DNA of 64,000 nucleotides from a virus (taxonomy: Duplodnaviria > Caudoviricetes), in the IMG/VR virus record IMGVR_UViG_3300028591_000083, positions 64,001 to 128,000 of that record, one strand, 5' to 3'. Below, in pieces: positions 37,978-47,332 of this stretch; positions within the stretch are counted from its first letter, which is position 1; every line of letters starts with the position of its first letter. A program made the position numbers and the translations under genes. Below the pieces are notes generated by a model. The model was not told where the DNA came from. It did not search any database and worked only from the letters and a program-made list of their open reading frames with translations.

Positions 37978-38214
37978 TTAGTTTGATTGATCGTCTAAAA
38001 CAGGTTCTACTCCTCGCTTTGCAAGATCCACTTCCATTTTTGTAATAGCGGATAAAACATCTTGTAGCATTTCAGGATCAGAACGTTTATCAATGATTGC
38101 AGAATATACATCAAATTTATAAAAAGGACAAGCAGATGTGTTATTGTAATTCTGATATCCTTGACCACACATATTTCCGTAATTCCAGAAACAATCAGCA
38201 CAATTAAATTTCAT
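37978..38214 (-). CDS. hypothetical Cys-rich protein
   Basis: CADC..C..ACPFY. Confidence 0.65.
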   Translation of the reverse strand: MKFNCADCFWNYGNMCGQGYQNYNNTSACPFYKFDVYSAIIDKRSDPEMLQDVLSAITKMEVDLAKRGVEPVLDDQSN

Positions 38215-38819
38215 TTCTTCATATCCCTCTTATCTTTGTCACTTAGAAAACGTCCTCTAACAATTCTGGCAATTCCTTCTGCTAAAATAATAGAAGCAAT
38301 CTCAGTCCAATCATCGGCATAGATTACATTTTCAAGATCACCGTTCTCATTCCACGGATACTTCAAACAAATGCCTGTATACTCTGCATCTTTGAAATTA
38401 TCAAGACAATCATCAATTAGGATATCCAGTTTCAACATTTGTTTCTTATGCATTACGATTGTATGTTTTTCTACATATCCTTCTGGTAGAAATTTTAGAT
38501 TTCTTGTAAGATGCTTAATCTTCTTTCTGGCGTTTTCGCAAGACGAACTTGTAACAAAATAAATATCGTGTTGACCAATATCATACAAAGCTCTAATACC
38601 TTCAACACAATCAGGAATAATCTTTACTTTCTTCCACATTGTTTTATCGGCAAATGCAGCTTCAACTATCCATTGATCCTTTTCCGGAAGCATATTCTCA
38701 ATATAGTATTGCTTAACGTCTGTTATCTGATAATTTGTCTTTAGTCTCTCATTGATATAGTCTAATACACAATAAGCGGTATTAACACATATATTATCAA
38801 TATCAATTCCTATAACCAT
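38211..38819 (-). CDS. 5'(3')-deoxyribonucleotidase (HAD, NT5C family)
   Basis: IGIDIDN, YFVTS, K....DILIDD, PWN. Confidence 0.85.
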   Translation of the reverse strand: MVIGIDIDNICVNTAYCVLDYINERLKTNYQITDVKQYYIENMLPEKDQWIVEAAFADKTMWKKVKIIPDCVEGIRALYDIGQHDIYFVTSSSCENARKKIKHLTRNLKFLPEGYVEKHTIVMHKKQMLKLDILIDDCLDNFKDAEYTGICLKYPWNENGDLENVIYADDWTEIASIILAEGIARIVRGRFLSDKDKRDMKK

Positions 38820-38837
38820 AATTAAATCATATCCTTC

Positions 38838-39038
38838 TTATAGTAGTTGTGAAATTGCTTGTTTTAGATTTTGACAAAAGTTGAACATCTCAGCGTTCGC
38901 ACGATTATCAGCACTCTCTGTAGGAGTATTTCTAATCACATAGTAAGAACTTTCAATCTGTCTATCACAGACTTTGATAATTTCAAGTGCAAGATCTCTT
39001 GCTTTCAATTCTTTATCTGGCATTCCAAATATCCTCAT
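38838..39038 (-). CDS. hypothetical protein
   Basis: ORF. Confidence 0.55.
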   Translation of the reverse strand: MRIFGMPDKELKARDLALEIIKVCDRQIESSYYVIRNTPTESADNRANAEMFNFCQNLKQAISQLL

Positions 39039-39345
39039 TTCTTACATTCAAATGTTTCCATTTGATAATTCTCAGATTTGTCCAACCAGAAGAACCATTT
39101 ATAAATCCTTCATATGGATATGTAAACAAACCAACAGCTTTTACCATTCTGTTATAATCGCCATATCTGAAATATTCAAAAATGACAAGCACTTGTTCTT
39201 TTTCTGGCGGTTTCTCAGCAGCATAAGAATGCCACTCAGAGTCATGTTGATTTCTATAAGATTCTAATTCAGTAAGCCAATCGTATAGAGTGTTTAGATT
39301 ATCACGTTCATCTTTATCATCCCACACTCTAAGGCTATCATTCAA
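39013..39345 (-). CDS. hypothetical, DUF551-like
   Basis: WH....KPP....VLV...IIKWKHL. Confidence 0.6.
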   Translation of the reverse strand: MNDSLRVWDDKDERDNLNTLYDWLTELESYRNQHDSEWHSYAAEKPPEKEQVLVIFEYFRYGDYNRMVKAVGLFTYPYEGFINGSSGWTNLRIIKWKHLNVRNEDIWNAR

Positions 39346-39384
39346 CGTGTCTGCAAGTTTGTTGATTGCTTCTTTAAGTTCAAT

Positions 39385-39618
39385 TCACTTTTTTCCTTTC
39401 TTAGAATCTTCATAAAAGAAGTCTCTGGCAATCTGATAGTAAATCATTCTCTTTAATTTGTATACAAAGAAAGCAAAACTTCCAATCGCCATAAATAGAT
39501 AAATTACAATTTCAAAAATGTCATTTGTATAACATTCCTGAATAATCGCCGTAGCTCCAGCAAAAAGCCATAGTGAAAGAATCAGAATATCAAGTAGATC
39601 CATTAGCTTCTTTTTCAT
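39385..39618 (-). CDS. small membrane protein
   Basis: two hydrophobic helices. Confidence 0.65.
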   Translation of the reverse strand: MKKKLMDLLDILILSLWLFAGATAIIQECYTNDIFEIVIYLFMAIGSFAFFVYKLKRMIYYQIARDFFYEDSKKGKK

Positions 39619-39967
39619 TTGCTGCTTCCTTTCTTCTATCTAATTCTTTTCTAATTGTTTCTAAGAAATTCATCCATGTATTAAAATCACAATCATCTCC
39701 GTATGCTTCCCGACTCATATCACCAAGTTCGAGAGTTGTAAATCCAAAATCATTATGAACAGGAATATATGATCTTCCATGTTCATTTACATCTCTTTCA
39801 AGAATAGAAAGTTGACTGTCATTAAATTTGTCAATATGTTTACTAATGTATGATGTCACAATACTAGGCATATATGTTCTGCGCCCTAAAGAATATCTTA
39901 CAGCACATATACAAATATCGCAAAAATCATTGTCATACAAGTCTTCATTCTTTTTCTTTTTTGCCAT
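39590..39967 (-). CDS. hypothetical phage protein
   Basis: CAVRYSLGRRTYMPS motif. Confidence 0.75.
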   Translation of the reverse strand: MAKKKKNEDLYDNDFCDICICAVRYSLGRRTYMPSIVTSYISKHIDKFNDSQLSILERDVNEHGRSYIPVHNDFGFTTLELGDMSREAYGDDCDFNTWMNFLETIRKELDRRKEAANEKEANGST

Positions 39968-40071
39968 TCTTATCAATACTCCTGTTTGCATATTTTTCTT
40001 CTAGTTTCTTTTCTAAATTTTGTCGTTCAAGTTCTTTTCGTGCGTTGCTGTAGCACATTCCATAAACATAG

Positions 40072-40563
40072 TCATAATCTTTTTGCTTTGACATTCTTAT
40101 CCTTCTCTCTTTCGTTTTCTTCTACCATGCGAATAAGAGGATCATGCAACTTTTCAACAGCTTCTTGTCGTGCCTCGATAGCATCTTCAAGTTTATCAAA
40201 TCTGCCAATGAAAGTTGTTTTTCTGTGAACGCAAATAGATGCACACCATTTGTTTCTATGTTTATCAAAATAAACACCTTTATGTCCACTTCTGTTATTG
40301 CTATAAGGTTTATCTGTTTTAATCACTTCAAGATTTGTATAGTATGCTCTATTCTTAGCATTATGTGACTGTGCGTTTTCTACACATCGTTTTTTCGATT
40401 CGCACCCACATGATCTTGCGGGTCTACGATTTGTTGTCAAATTCCAACGCCGTACCGATCTCTCTGTTCCACAATCACAACGAACAATTACATATTCATG
40501 CTTATCAGGATCGTTAGCAATAACAGTGAGTTTTCCAAATCTTTGTCCAACAAGATCTTTCAT
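40072..40563 (-). CDS. AP2-domain DNA-binding protein (homing-endonuclease-related)
   Basis: DLVGQRFGKLTV, CDCG, SCGC, NRSGHKGV..KW.A.I...IGRF...EDAI.AR; no HNH seen. Confidence 0.85.
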   Translation of the reverse strand: MKDLVGQRFGKLTVIANDPDKHEYVIVRCDCGTERSVRRWNLTTNRRPARSCGCESKKRCVENAQSHNAKNRAYYTNLEVIKTDKPYSNNRSGHKGVYFDKHRNKWCASICVHRKTTFIGRFDKLEDAIEARQEAVEKLHDPLIRMVEENEREKDKNVKAKRL

Positions 40564-40620
40564 TTCAATCCTCCTATTTTTCACTTCTTAATTGTGTTTA
40601 TTACAAGTCACAGACGAAAA

Positions 40621-40842
40621 TCAAGAATGTTCTTTGAGTGTCTTAACATATAGACCACAATGACAAACTCCTTCAAAAGAATCATCCTTTAGTTCATCTC
40701 TGAATTCCTGACACATACACTTGTATTCCGGAAGTTTACCAATTCTACATGGACAATACCCATCGTTCTCTTTTAATGCTTTCTTAATAGCCTCAACGTG
40801 TTCCTTATCAGCACTCTCTGTAATATAATAGTTCATACTCAA
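40621..40842 (-). CDS. ferredoxin:thioredoxin reductase catalytic-subunit-like protein
   Basis: GYCPCR...CMC..F...CHCGLY. Confidence 0.85.
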   Translation of the reverse strand: MSMNYYITESADKEHVEAIKKALKENDGYCPCRIGKLPEYKCMCQEFRDELKDDSFEGVCHCGLYVKTLKEHS

Positions 40843-40849
40843 TCTCTCC

Positions 40850-41221
40850 TTATAGTTTCATGTAATCTGGCATATTTTCATAGATATTATCGGGAAGCTC
40901 CATTGTAGAATTATTCGCTTCCCAAGAATCACAAAGAAATTCCCAGTTAGTTCTGCTCTTTCTTTTGTTCTTTGAATTAAGAAAATAAACCAACGACTTC
41001 TTTAGTTTATGATTTAACTTATCTTCTTTTCCTTCATGTTCAAAGTATTCTGGTTTACAGATAAGGATACAACTACTAAAACCAGTCTGTGCATTCTTAA
41101 TGTGAAAGTGAGGTTTGTCACCGGGATCGTTTGTATAGATCCAAATTTCATAACTTCCTGTTTTACCAACCTGTGTATCAATGGCTCCAATCTTCGCCAT
41201 TTCTTCAAGTCTAGTTACCAT
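40850..41221 (-). CDS. DUF4160-like protein
   Basis: IYTND...PHFHI; leader MVTRLEEMA. Confidence 0.65.
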   Translation of the reverse strand: MVTRLEEMAKIGAIDTQVGKTGSYEIWIYTNDPGDKPHFHIKNAQTGFSSCILICKPEYFEHEGKEDKLNHKLKKSLVYFLNSKNKRKSRTNWEFLCDSWEANNSTMELPDNIYENMPDYMKL

Positions 41222-41222
41222 A

Positions 41223-41390
41223 TCAATAATCCTCCAAACTTTTTTCAATCTCTTTTTGTTTGATCTTCTTATAGTCTTTATCAGAAACCTTCGTTTCTGG
41301 ATTCAATTCTCCCCATGTTCTGCGTTTCCTATTATTTAGTTCCTTCTTTGCTTTCTTTGACATTTTTTCATATGGTACAAAATTTTCCAT
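41223..41390 (-). CDS. small basic protein
   Basis: MENFVPYEKMSKKAKKELNNRKRRTWGELNPET; below the ORF-track cut-off. Confidence 0.65.
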   Translation of the reverse strand: MENFVPYEKMSKKAKKELNNRKRRTWGELNPETKVSDKDYKKIKQKEIEKSLEDY

Positions 41391-41403
41391 TTGTTACATC
41401 TCC

Positions 41404-41868
41404 TTACTCTACATAGTCAAGAAGTTCATCTATCTCTGTAACAACTTCTTTTCTTTTAACGCTTCCAACTGTTGAAAGTTTTTCTGACAACCAATCAAAA
41501 TAATTAGAACATATTAAATCAAGTTCTTCCATAATTTGATATGTTGTTTTCGTTGTTTCTATATTTTCAATATCACAATAACTATCTGTAGTATTTTCAA
41601 CCCACTTAATGTTCTGCACTGTGTCTTGAACCTCACCATAGCTATTCTCATAGATAAATTGTTTATCTGGTAACTTGTTCTTTCCCTTAATAAGCTCAAT
41701 GCTATTTAGAAAAGCATATATTTCAGTTTGCCAATGACTTTTATTGATATTGTCCTTATCAAGTACAAGGTAGAATAAGTGCTGAATAATTTTTGGTGTT
41801 GCAAAACACAATTCCATTTCAATCTTTTTCTTATTCTTAGCGAATTCAAATAATGTTACCATATTCAC
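41404..41868 (-). CDS. hypothetical (DUF29-like)
   Basis: IIQHL....HWQTEI; leader VTLFEFA. Confidence 0.6.
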   Translation of the reverse strand: MNMVTLFEFAKNKKKIEMELCFATPKIIQHLFYLVLDKDNINKSHWQTEIYAFLNSIELIKGKNKLPDKQFIYENSYGEVQDTVQNIKWVENTTDSYCDIENIETTKTTYQIMEELDLICSNYFDWLSEKLSTVGSVKRKEVVTEIDELLDYVE

Positions 41869-41887
41869 ACACTTCCTTCCTTAATAT

Positions 41888-41916
41888 AGTATAACACAAA
41901 CTATGTGAAAAGTCAA
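41888..41916 (-). promoter_or_regulatory. sigma70-type early promoter
   Basis: TTGACT-N17-TATACT. Confidence 0.85.
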
Positions 41917-41944
41917 GGCTTTTATAAAAAGTTTATCAATAAAC

Positions 41945-41979
41945 AAAAAGAGGTTGCTACATATTTAACAACCTCTTTT
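41945..41979 (-). terminator. intrinsic terminator
   Basis: AAAAGAGGTTG..CAACCTCTTTT. Confidence 0.8.
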
Positions 41980-42007
41980 GCTTTATATATGATTGTTTTG
42001 TGAACAA

Positions 42008-42274
42008 TCACGAAGGAGTTACATTGTCATCTTCATAATCCTCTGCCGGAGGAAGATTGTTTGCTTCTTCCTCAATAGTAGGACACATATAAATCTTCAT
42101 ACCAATAGTAGTAAGAGGATTAACAATATCAGAACTAATACCAATATAGTTTACTTGTCCACCAATATTATTGCGAACATATTGTTCTAGTTCTTCCTGT
42201 GTTCCATACATAATCATGTTGGTTTCAAAACCATTTACAACTGGTTTTACAATCCAAAATCTACGCTCACTCAT
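42008..42274 (-). CDS. hypothetical protein
   Basis: RBS, overlap with clpP-like stop. Confidence 0.7.
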   Translation of the reverse strand: MSERRFWIVKPVVNGFETNMIMYGTQEELEQYVRNNIGGQVNYIGISSDIVNPLTTIGMKIYMCPTIEEEANNLPPAEDYEDDNVTPS

Positions 42275-42932
42275 TTTCAAAATCCTCCAATTCAATTTCC
42301 TGATTTACAAGTTGTGCTAGTTGCTCACGGAAACAATCTCTTGTATCCGTGTTATTTATGATCTTATCGCAAACTCCATGCTTTAGGCATTGTTTTGCGG
42401 TAAGGTACATATCCTGTTTCAAATCAACCATTTTATGAAAGAACTTCTTTTTCAACTTTGTGTGTGACTTGATATATTTGATGATTCCTTTGTGCATTGC
42501 GTCAAACTGTTTTTGTTCTAGTTTAAGATCTTCAAACTTTCCAAATGTTCCTGCAAGCATTTGATGGAACATGATTGAAGAATGTGGATACATAACTCTA
42601 TGATGTCCGGCAAGGAAGATAAGTGCCGCTGCCGACATACAGTATCCAGAACAATAGGTGATAACAGGAGTTATACTAGATTCAATAATATCAATTAAAG
42701 CCCACATATCATCAATAGTTCCGCCGTAAGACTGAACATGAAGTTGAATCGGAACAAGATCATAGCTCTTAAATTTCTCCATTCCTTTTCTATCCGTATC
42801 ATTGATTGATAAAATGGATGAACAAACTTCTGAGATATTTGTGTTTTCAACATCTCCGGATAAGTATAGGATTCTTGTATCGTTCATTTGTGGAATTAGA
42901 ATAGTATCTTGTTGCATAAACAACACCTCCAA
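42267..42932 (-). CDS. ClpP-like peptidase (S14)
   Basis: SYGG, G.CMSAA (Ser), MFHQ (His), DMYLTA..CL..G..DKI. Confidence 0.9.
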   Translation of the reverse strand: MEVLFMQQDTILIPQMNDTRILYLSGDVENTNISEVCSSILSINDTDRKGMEKFKSYDLVPIQLHVQSYGGTIDDMWALIDIIESSITPVITYCSGYCMSAAALIFLAGHHRVMYPHSSIMFHQMLAGTFGKFEDLKLEQKQFDAMHKGIIKYIKSHTKLKKKFFHKMVDLKQDMYLTAKQCLKHGVCDKIINNTDTRDCFREQLAQLVNQEIELEDFENE

Positions 42933-42940
42933 GTTATTTA

Positions 42941-42969
42941 ATTATAACACAACTTCGGTAAAAAGTCAA
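42941..42969 (-). promoter_or_regulatory. sigma70-type promoter
   Basis: TTGACT-N17-TATAAT. Confidence 0.85.
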
Positions 42970-42970
42970 G

Positions 42971-43258
42971 TTAAATTTTTTCAATTCCAGAAGAAAATGT
43001 AATAGATGTAATTGTACTGCGAATATCGTCTTTTTCAAATTCTTCTGTTTTGAGTTTTCCTGTTGAAAATGTTGTGCTTCCAACAGATGAGACAGGACTT
43101 CCGCCGAGTGAAGATGGAACTTTGATATTTGTTTTATTACCATAATAGATATCAGTTTCAACATTTCCAGAACCAATACTATGATATGTAAAAGGAGCTT
43201 CATTCGATACTAGGATGCTACTGTAAAATCTTCTAAGTCTTTTCATTCTTTCGTTCAT
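42971..43258 (-). CDS. hypothetical, translationally coupled to the fibre gene
   Basis: ATGA overlap; beta-rich, VPSSLGGSPV..VG..TF. Confidence 0.6.
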   Translation of the reverse strand: MNERMKRLRRFYSSILVSNEAPFTYHSIGSGNVETDIYYGNKTNIKVPSSLGGSPVSSVGSTTFSTGKLKTEEFEKDDIRSTITSITFSSGIEKI

Positions 43259-45600
43259 GGATTACTCACTTCCTCATATCCAGATACAATAGCGCAAATA
43301 TTGAATCCGTCATTAAATAGCATAACATGAAGAATTGTAAATGTTGAAATATCAATATCTTTATTTAGAAGATATATTCTTGTAGAATCATTTGCCGTAA
43401 AGTTTGTCATGATATCTTCTGCTGTTGAAATGCTAGTTCCTTTTTTAAGAATAATCACTGAATTATAATCAGAAGAAACTGCTTTTGTTTCTACGCCGAA
43501 ACCTCTATTGAAGTACATATTAGCAATGTCTGTAACGGTTACTGATCCAATAGTATACGTAGAACTAAGTATTATTTCTTGTCCGTTCTTTGGCAATTTT
43601 GCGAATGTATAACTAGCATCATCGGCTGCAACGGTTGTATCGGTTGTTCTAATACTATCAATACTATTACCATTATTTGTGATTACATTTCCGCCATCAG
43701 ATGGTAAATGAAGTTTTCCGTCATAAGTAAGAATAGCAGAAGTTGATCTTGTGATAACATTTCCTACTTCATTACCATTACCAACAATAAATGTTGCTTT
43801 ACCATAAACATTATCATATTCAGGTACATCGGATGTTGTAGGTGTAGCACTGTTATTATACTGACCTATAACAGTTTGTGCATTATCTGTATTATTGCTA
43901 TTTTCGAGTCCTCGCCCGAAAACAGATGCACAGAGATGTCCATTTGTTACATTATTATCTTCACCACTAATAATGGAGCATTGAGAAGTACCGCCATAGT
44001 TATTATTACCAAATATAGCAGTATATGATATACCCGCTGCTTGGTTGTATTCACCAACAACAATAGATTTTTGTAATGACAGATTAGTATGTCCGTTTGC
44101 ATAACCAACAATCAAAGAACTTTGAGAATGGTTTGTTTCGTTTGAATCACCAACAACAAAACAATTTTCCAAAGATCTTATTGTGTTTGCATATCCAATA
44201 ACACCTGAATTTGTACTTCCTTGTCCGGTATCTGTTGAAAATGCCGCTTTATTATTCTGTCCCATCATAAATACGCCACTTATACCATTATTAACGGTAT
44301 TTTGTGTTCCGGCTATTAAAGAATTAGCTATGCTCGCTTTATATGTATTGCTAGCTCCAAATATTGCTGAATTTGCAACATATGTTTCGGAATCCGTTGC
44401 GGTTGTTGCTCTATTATCATCACCAACAATAATACTAAATAAAACAGCAGAATATCCACAGTTCTCACCATGAATAATAGAATTTTCAGAACCTATAGAT
44501 GACGTTGTTACCTTATTAGAGGCACCTTCTATGCACATATAAGGAAATGTGTTTCCATTAACATTATTATAATCACCGTGAATTCTGGAATATGTCATAC
44601 CACTACAACCTATAGAATTATTATTACCAATGATTGTATTATATTCAAGTGTTCCACCACTTACAGTATTACTTAATCCGGATATTGTATTACATCTTAA
44701 TTTTTCTGCTGATGTCGTATTTGATTCACCGATAGCAATATTGTATCCACAATAACTGGATGAGCCTTGCTGTGACGGATCTATATTAACACCACTTATG
44801 CTATTATTATAACCAAATGATAAGCCATAAGCACCTGACAATTTATTTGATTTACCAAATGCTACTGAGTTAAATCCAGTAGGTGCATTTGTTGCGGTTG
44901 ATTCATCATATTCATTAAATATAATAGCTCCTTCCTGTGCTGTTATCTGACTAGTTCCAACTGTGAATGTTTTTCCTGCTACATTAGCACCAACACCAGT
45001 TACGATACCAGTTTGTTCATCTTGTAAAATAGTAAACTGATCTGGAATGAAAGAAGATGTAACTGCCGGAACAAGATTTGTTCCGTCAAAAGCGTAAATA
45101 CCTTTTTCTCCGTCTGCAATAACAACATATACAAATCCTTTAACACAATTAGATACATCAGGTTTTCCACCGTAACAAACAATGGTATTGTTGGTAATAC
45201 CACACTCTAAAAATCTTCCTGTATCACTTGCATCCCGTTTATTATAAGAAAGAAGTGTATATGTTTCTTTTCTCAAAATATCTCCTGTGACATCATCAGT
45301 AATAGCATCATCGTGTCTTAGATACATTTTACCGTTGATTCTATATTGCTGATCGTACAATACATCTCCGGTATCAGGATCTTGTGTATATGTAACACCT
45401 GTAATATCATACAATTCACACACCAATGCTGTTCCGGCATACATTGTAACAATATTTGGATTTATGTTTGTTGATTCTTGAACAAAATAAAGACTATTAG
45501 AATCTCCTGCCGGAGAACCTGCTGCTTCATATTGTTCTCGTGTCATGTAATATATCTTACCATTTGAAGGGGTAAAATCTGTCAAAGCCATAAATATCAC
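43255..45600 (-). CDS. fibre/adhesin-like protein with YadA-head-like beta-roll repeats
   Basis: about 25 G-x-x-N repeats; ATFIVGNG neck-like motif; Ser/Thr/Asn/Gly-rich. Confidence 0.7.
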   Translation of the reverse strand: MIFMALTDFTPSNGKIYYMTREQYEAAGSPAGDSNSLYFVQESTNINPNIVTMYAGTALVCELYDITGVTYTQDPDTGDVLYDQQYRINGKMYLRHDDAITDDVTGDILRKETYTLLSYNKRDASDTGRFLECGITNNTIVCYGGKPDVSNCVKGFVYVVIADGEKGIYAFDGTNLVPAVTSSFIPDQFTILQDEQTGIVTGVGANVAGKTFTVGTSQITAQEGAIIFNEYDESTATNAPTGFNSVAFGKSNKLSGAYGLSFGYNNSISGVNIDPSQQGSSSYCGYNIAIGESNTTSAEKLRCNTISGLSNTVSGGTLEYNTIIGNNNSIGCSGMTYSRIHGDYNNVNGNTFPYMCIEGASNKVTTSSIGSENSIIHGENCGYSAVLFSIIVGDDNRATTATDSETYVANSAIFGASNTYKASIANSLIAGTQNTVNNGISGVFMMGQNNKAAFSTDTGQGSTNSGVIGYANTIRSLENCFVVGDSNETNHSQSSLIVGYANGHTNLSLQKSIVVGEYNQAAGISYTAIFGNNNYGGTSQCSIISGEDNNVTNGHLCASVFGRGLENSNNTDNAQTVIGQYNNSATPTTSDVPEYDNVYGKATFIVGNGNEVGNVITRSTSAILTYDGKLHLPSDGGNVITNNGNSIDSIRTTDTTVAADDASYTFAKLPKNGQEIILSSTYTIGSVTVTDIANMYFNRGFGVETKAVSSDYNSVIILKKGTSISTAEDIMTNFTANDSTRIYLLNKDIDISTFTILHVMLFNDGFNICAIVSGYEEVSNP

Positions 45601-45613
45601 CTCTCTATAAAAT

Positions 45614-45657
45614 AAAAAGAGTAAACTCCTACATCTACTAATGTAGAAATTTACTCT
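45614..45657 (-). promoter_or_regulatory. terminator hairpin with TACATTA motif directly before the fibre gene
   Basis: AGAGTAAATTTCTACAT..ATGTAGGAGTTTACTCT + TTTTT. Confidence 0.55.
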
Positions 45658-45694
45658 GTTTATTTCATAGATAAAATTGTTATATCTTTACAGT

Positions 45695-46324
45695 TTAGTG
45701 AAACCAGATGTTTACCCGTTTATAGCCGACAATCTTGTCTTCCTTCATCCATTTTAGAAGTTTTGTTTCTGGTACGTAAAATGTATCTCCAAGATTTGAT
45801 TTCATATTGTATGTTACCTGATCAAAATCTCCTGTTACTTGAGCTGTGACATGAGTAATTGTAATCCAATAATCTACGAGAAGAAGCATAGCGTTTGATG
45901 AAAGTTCTTCAGCCAATACTTTATTGCACTTGAAAGAATCTCCAACATGAAATTTTGGTTTTGTTGATGTTGCTTTCTTTACATCTACTTTCTTCGTTTC
46001 TGGTTTTTCTTCTACTTTAGCTGGAATTGGAATTGTTTTTGAATATTTATGTTTGATACATTCACTATCATTAACTATTCCAGCAATATCTATCTTTGGC
46101 AGAAATTCAACAAATTTACCATAAGAATATGGATCATCTTTCGCAAGTCTATTTACATATTTCGCAGCAACATAAGACATAACACCAAAATTCATTCCAT
46201 CTACAAGCTCTGAAAGTTTATCTTTATCATTCAGACATTCTTTCAAAAACTCATTTACTTCTTTTGCTGTGACATCAAAAGTTACTTCTTTTTTAATTTG
46301 CATAATCAATTCAATTCCTTTCAT
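45695..46324 (-). CDS. hypothetical protein
   Basis: ORF. Confidence 0.7.
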   Translation of the reverse strand: MKGIELIMQIKKEVTFDVTAKEVNEFLKECLNDKDKLSELVDGMNFGVMSYVAAKYVNRLAKDDPYSYGKFVEFLPKIDIAGIVNDSECIKHKYSKTIPIPAKVEEKPETKKVDVKKATSTKPKFHVGDSFKCNKVLAEELSSNAMLLLVDYWITITHVTAQVTGDFDQVTYNMKSNLGDTFYVPETKLLKWMKEDKIVGYKRVNIWFH

Positions 46325-46554
46325 CTTTCATCTGCAAAAATATGAAGTCTATCTTTCATAACTCCATATCTTGTTGTCATTCCTGTTTCTGTAAATTCGA
46401 TTTCTTTCAGCGGACATTTCATAACGGATAATTCTTCGCTATCATTAATCATTCCTTCAAAAGCCCCATATCCGTCAGAATTAAAAACAATTACAACTTC
46501 AAGATCATCGTCAAACTCTGAAAGTTTATCTCTTAGCTGTTTTACGGTCATCAT
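46321..46554 (-). CDS. hypothetical protein
   Basis: MTVKQL...L..FDDDLEV. Confidence 0.7.
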   Translation of the reverse strand: MMTVKQLRDKLSEFDDDLEVVIVFNSDGYGAFEGMINDSEELSVMKCPLKEIEFTETGMTTRYGVMKDRLHIFADER

Positions 46555-46563
46555 CGTACCACC

Positions 46564-47079
46564 TCAAAGAATTCTAAAAACTGCACCAGAACAATCTACA
46601 AGTCTCTCATATCTAAGTTCTCTGGATTTTTCTGAACGCTTAAAAACAATTTGTTCTTTATTAGTGTCTTCATTCTTCAAAAATCCAACAAAGCACCAGA
46701 TTTTGTTACAGTGATTTGAAGAAAATGCAAAATAATCATTCGGCTTCAAATCTTTAATTCCAATAATTTCAACCTTATAAGGCACTTCCATATTTCTATA
46801 TTTCGCCCAAGCAATAGCAATTCCTTCATGCAAATTAAACTCATCATTACCAGAACATCTTGCAATCGCAACTTTTCCTGTTTTGATATTCATAATAATA
46901 ACTCTTTTTGTATCCGGAGTATGGGCTTCAAAAGAAGTCATAAGGAAAACATTTGAGAACCTACCGTCTGTGATATATCCTTTTGAGCCGTTAAACCTAC
47001 GATGATCGAAACTGAGGTACATATCCTCAACCCAACGATTATAATCTTTTTCATTCATAAATCTCATAGTTTTATTCAT
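46564..47079 (-). CDS. hypothetical protein
   Basis: ARC...DEF....GIAIA motif. Confidence 0.7.
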   Translation of the reverse strand: MNKTMRFMNEKDYNRWVEDMYLSFDHRRFNGSKGYITDGRFSNVFLMTSFEAHTPDTKRVIIMNIKTGKVAIARCSGNDEFNLHEGIAIAWAKYRNMEVPYKVEIIGIKDLKPNDYFAFSSNHCNKIWCFVGFLKNEDTNKEQIVFKRSEKSRELRYERLVDCSGAVFRIL

Positions 47080-47317
47080 CCTCCTTCATGAATTTTGTGA
47101 TAACTGCATCTAGCTTATTCAAATATTCGTTTCTTTCTTTTAGAAGATCCTCTATCAGTTCTTTTACCTGATCTAATCGGCACTTAACTACTTCAGGTCG
47201 TACATTGTAAATAACTGTTGTTGTAAAATCATTATCACCTAATATAATGCCACGAGTATTATTTGACAGCCAATCTAATTCACTTAAAAGCCAATCACGT
47301 TTTTCATAATCGAACAT
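47072..47317 (-). CDS. hypothetical protein
   Basis: ORF with RBS. Confidence 0.7.
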   Translation of the reverse strand: MFDYEKRDWLLSELDWLSNNTRGIILGDNDFTTTVIYNVRPEVVKCRLDQVKELIEDLLKERNEYLNKLDAVITKFMKEDE

Positions 47318-47332
47318 TCTTTGTTTCCTCCC

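Noticed and set aside
39345-39387. TGA readthrough fusing 39385..39618 to 39013..39345
   Set aside because: TGA is a heavily used stop here; a lost or non-canonical start codon is more likely
40072-40563. Active HNH homing endonuclease
   Set aside because: Only the N-terminal Cys motifs and the AP2 domain are present; no HNH catalytic motif
42267-42932. ClpP-like protein as the prohead protease cutting at xxE sites
   Set aside because: Under a sigma70 promoter with no capsid genes nearby; Glu-specific head maturation is normally done by a gp21-type protease
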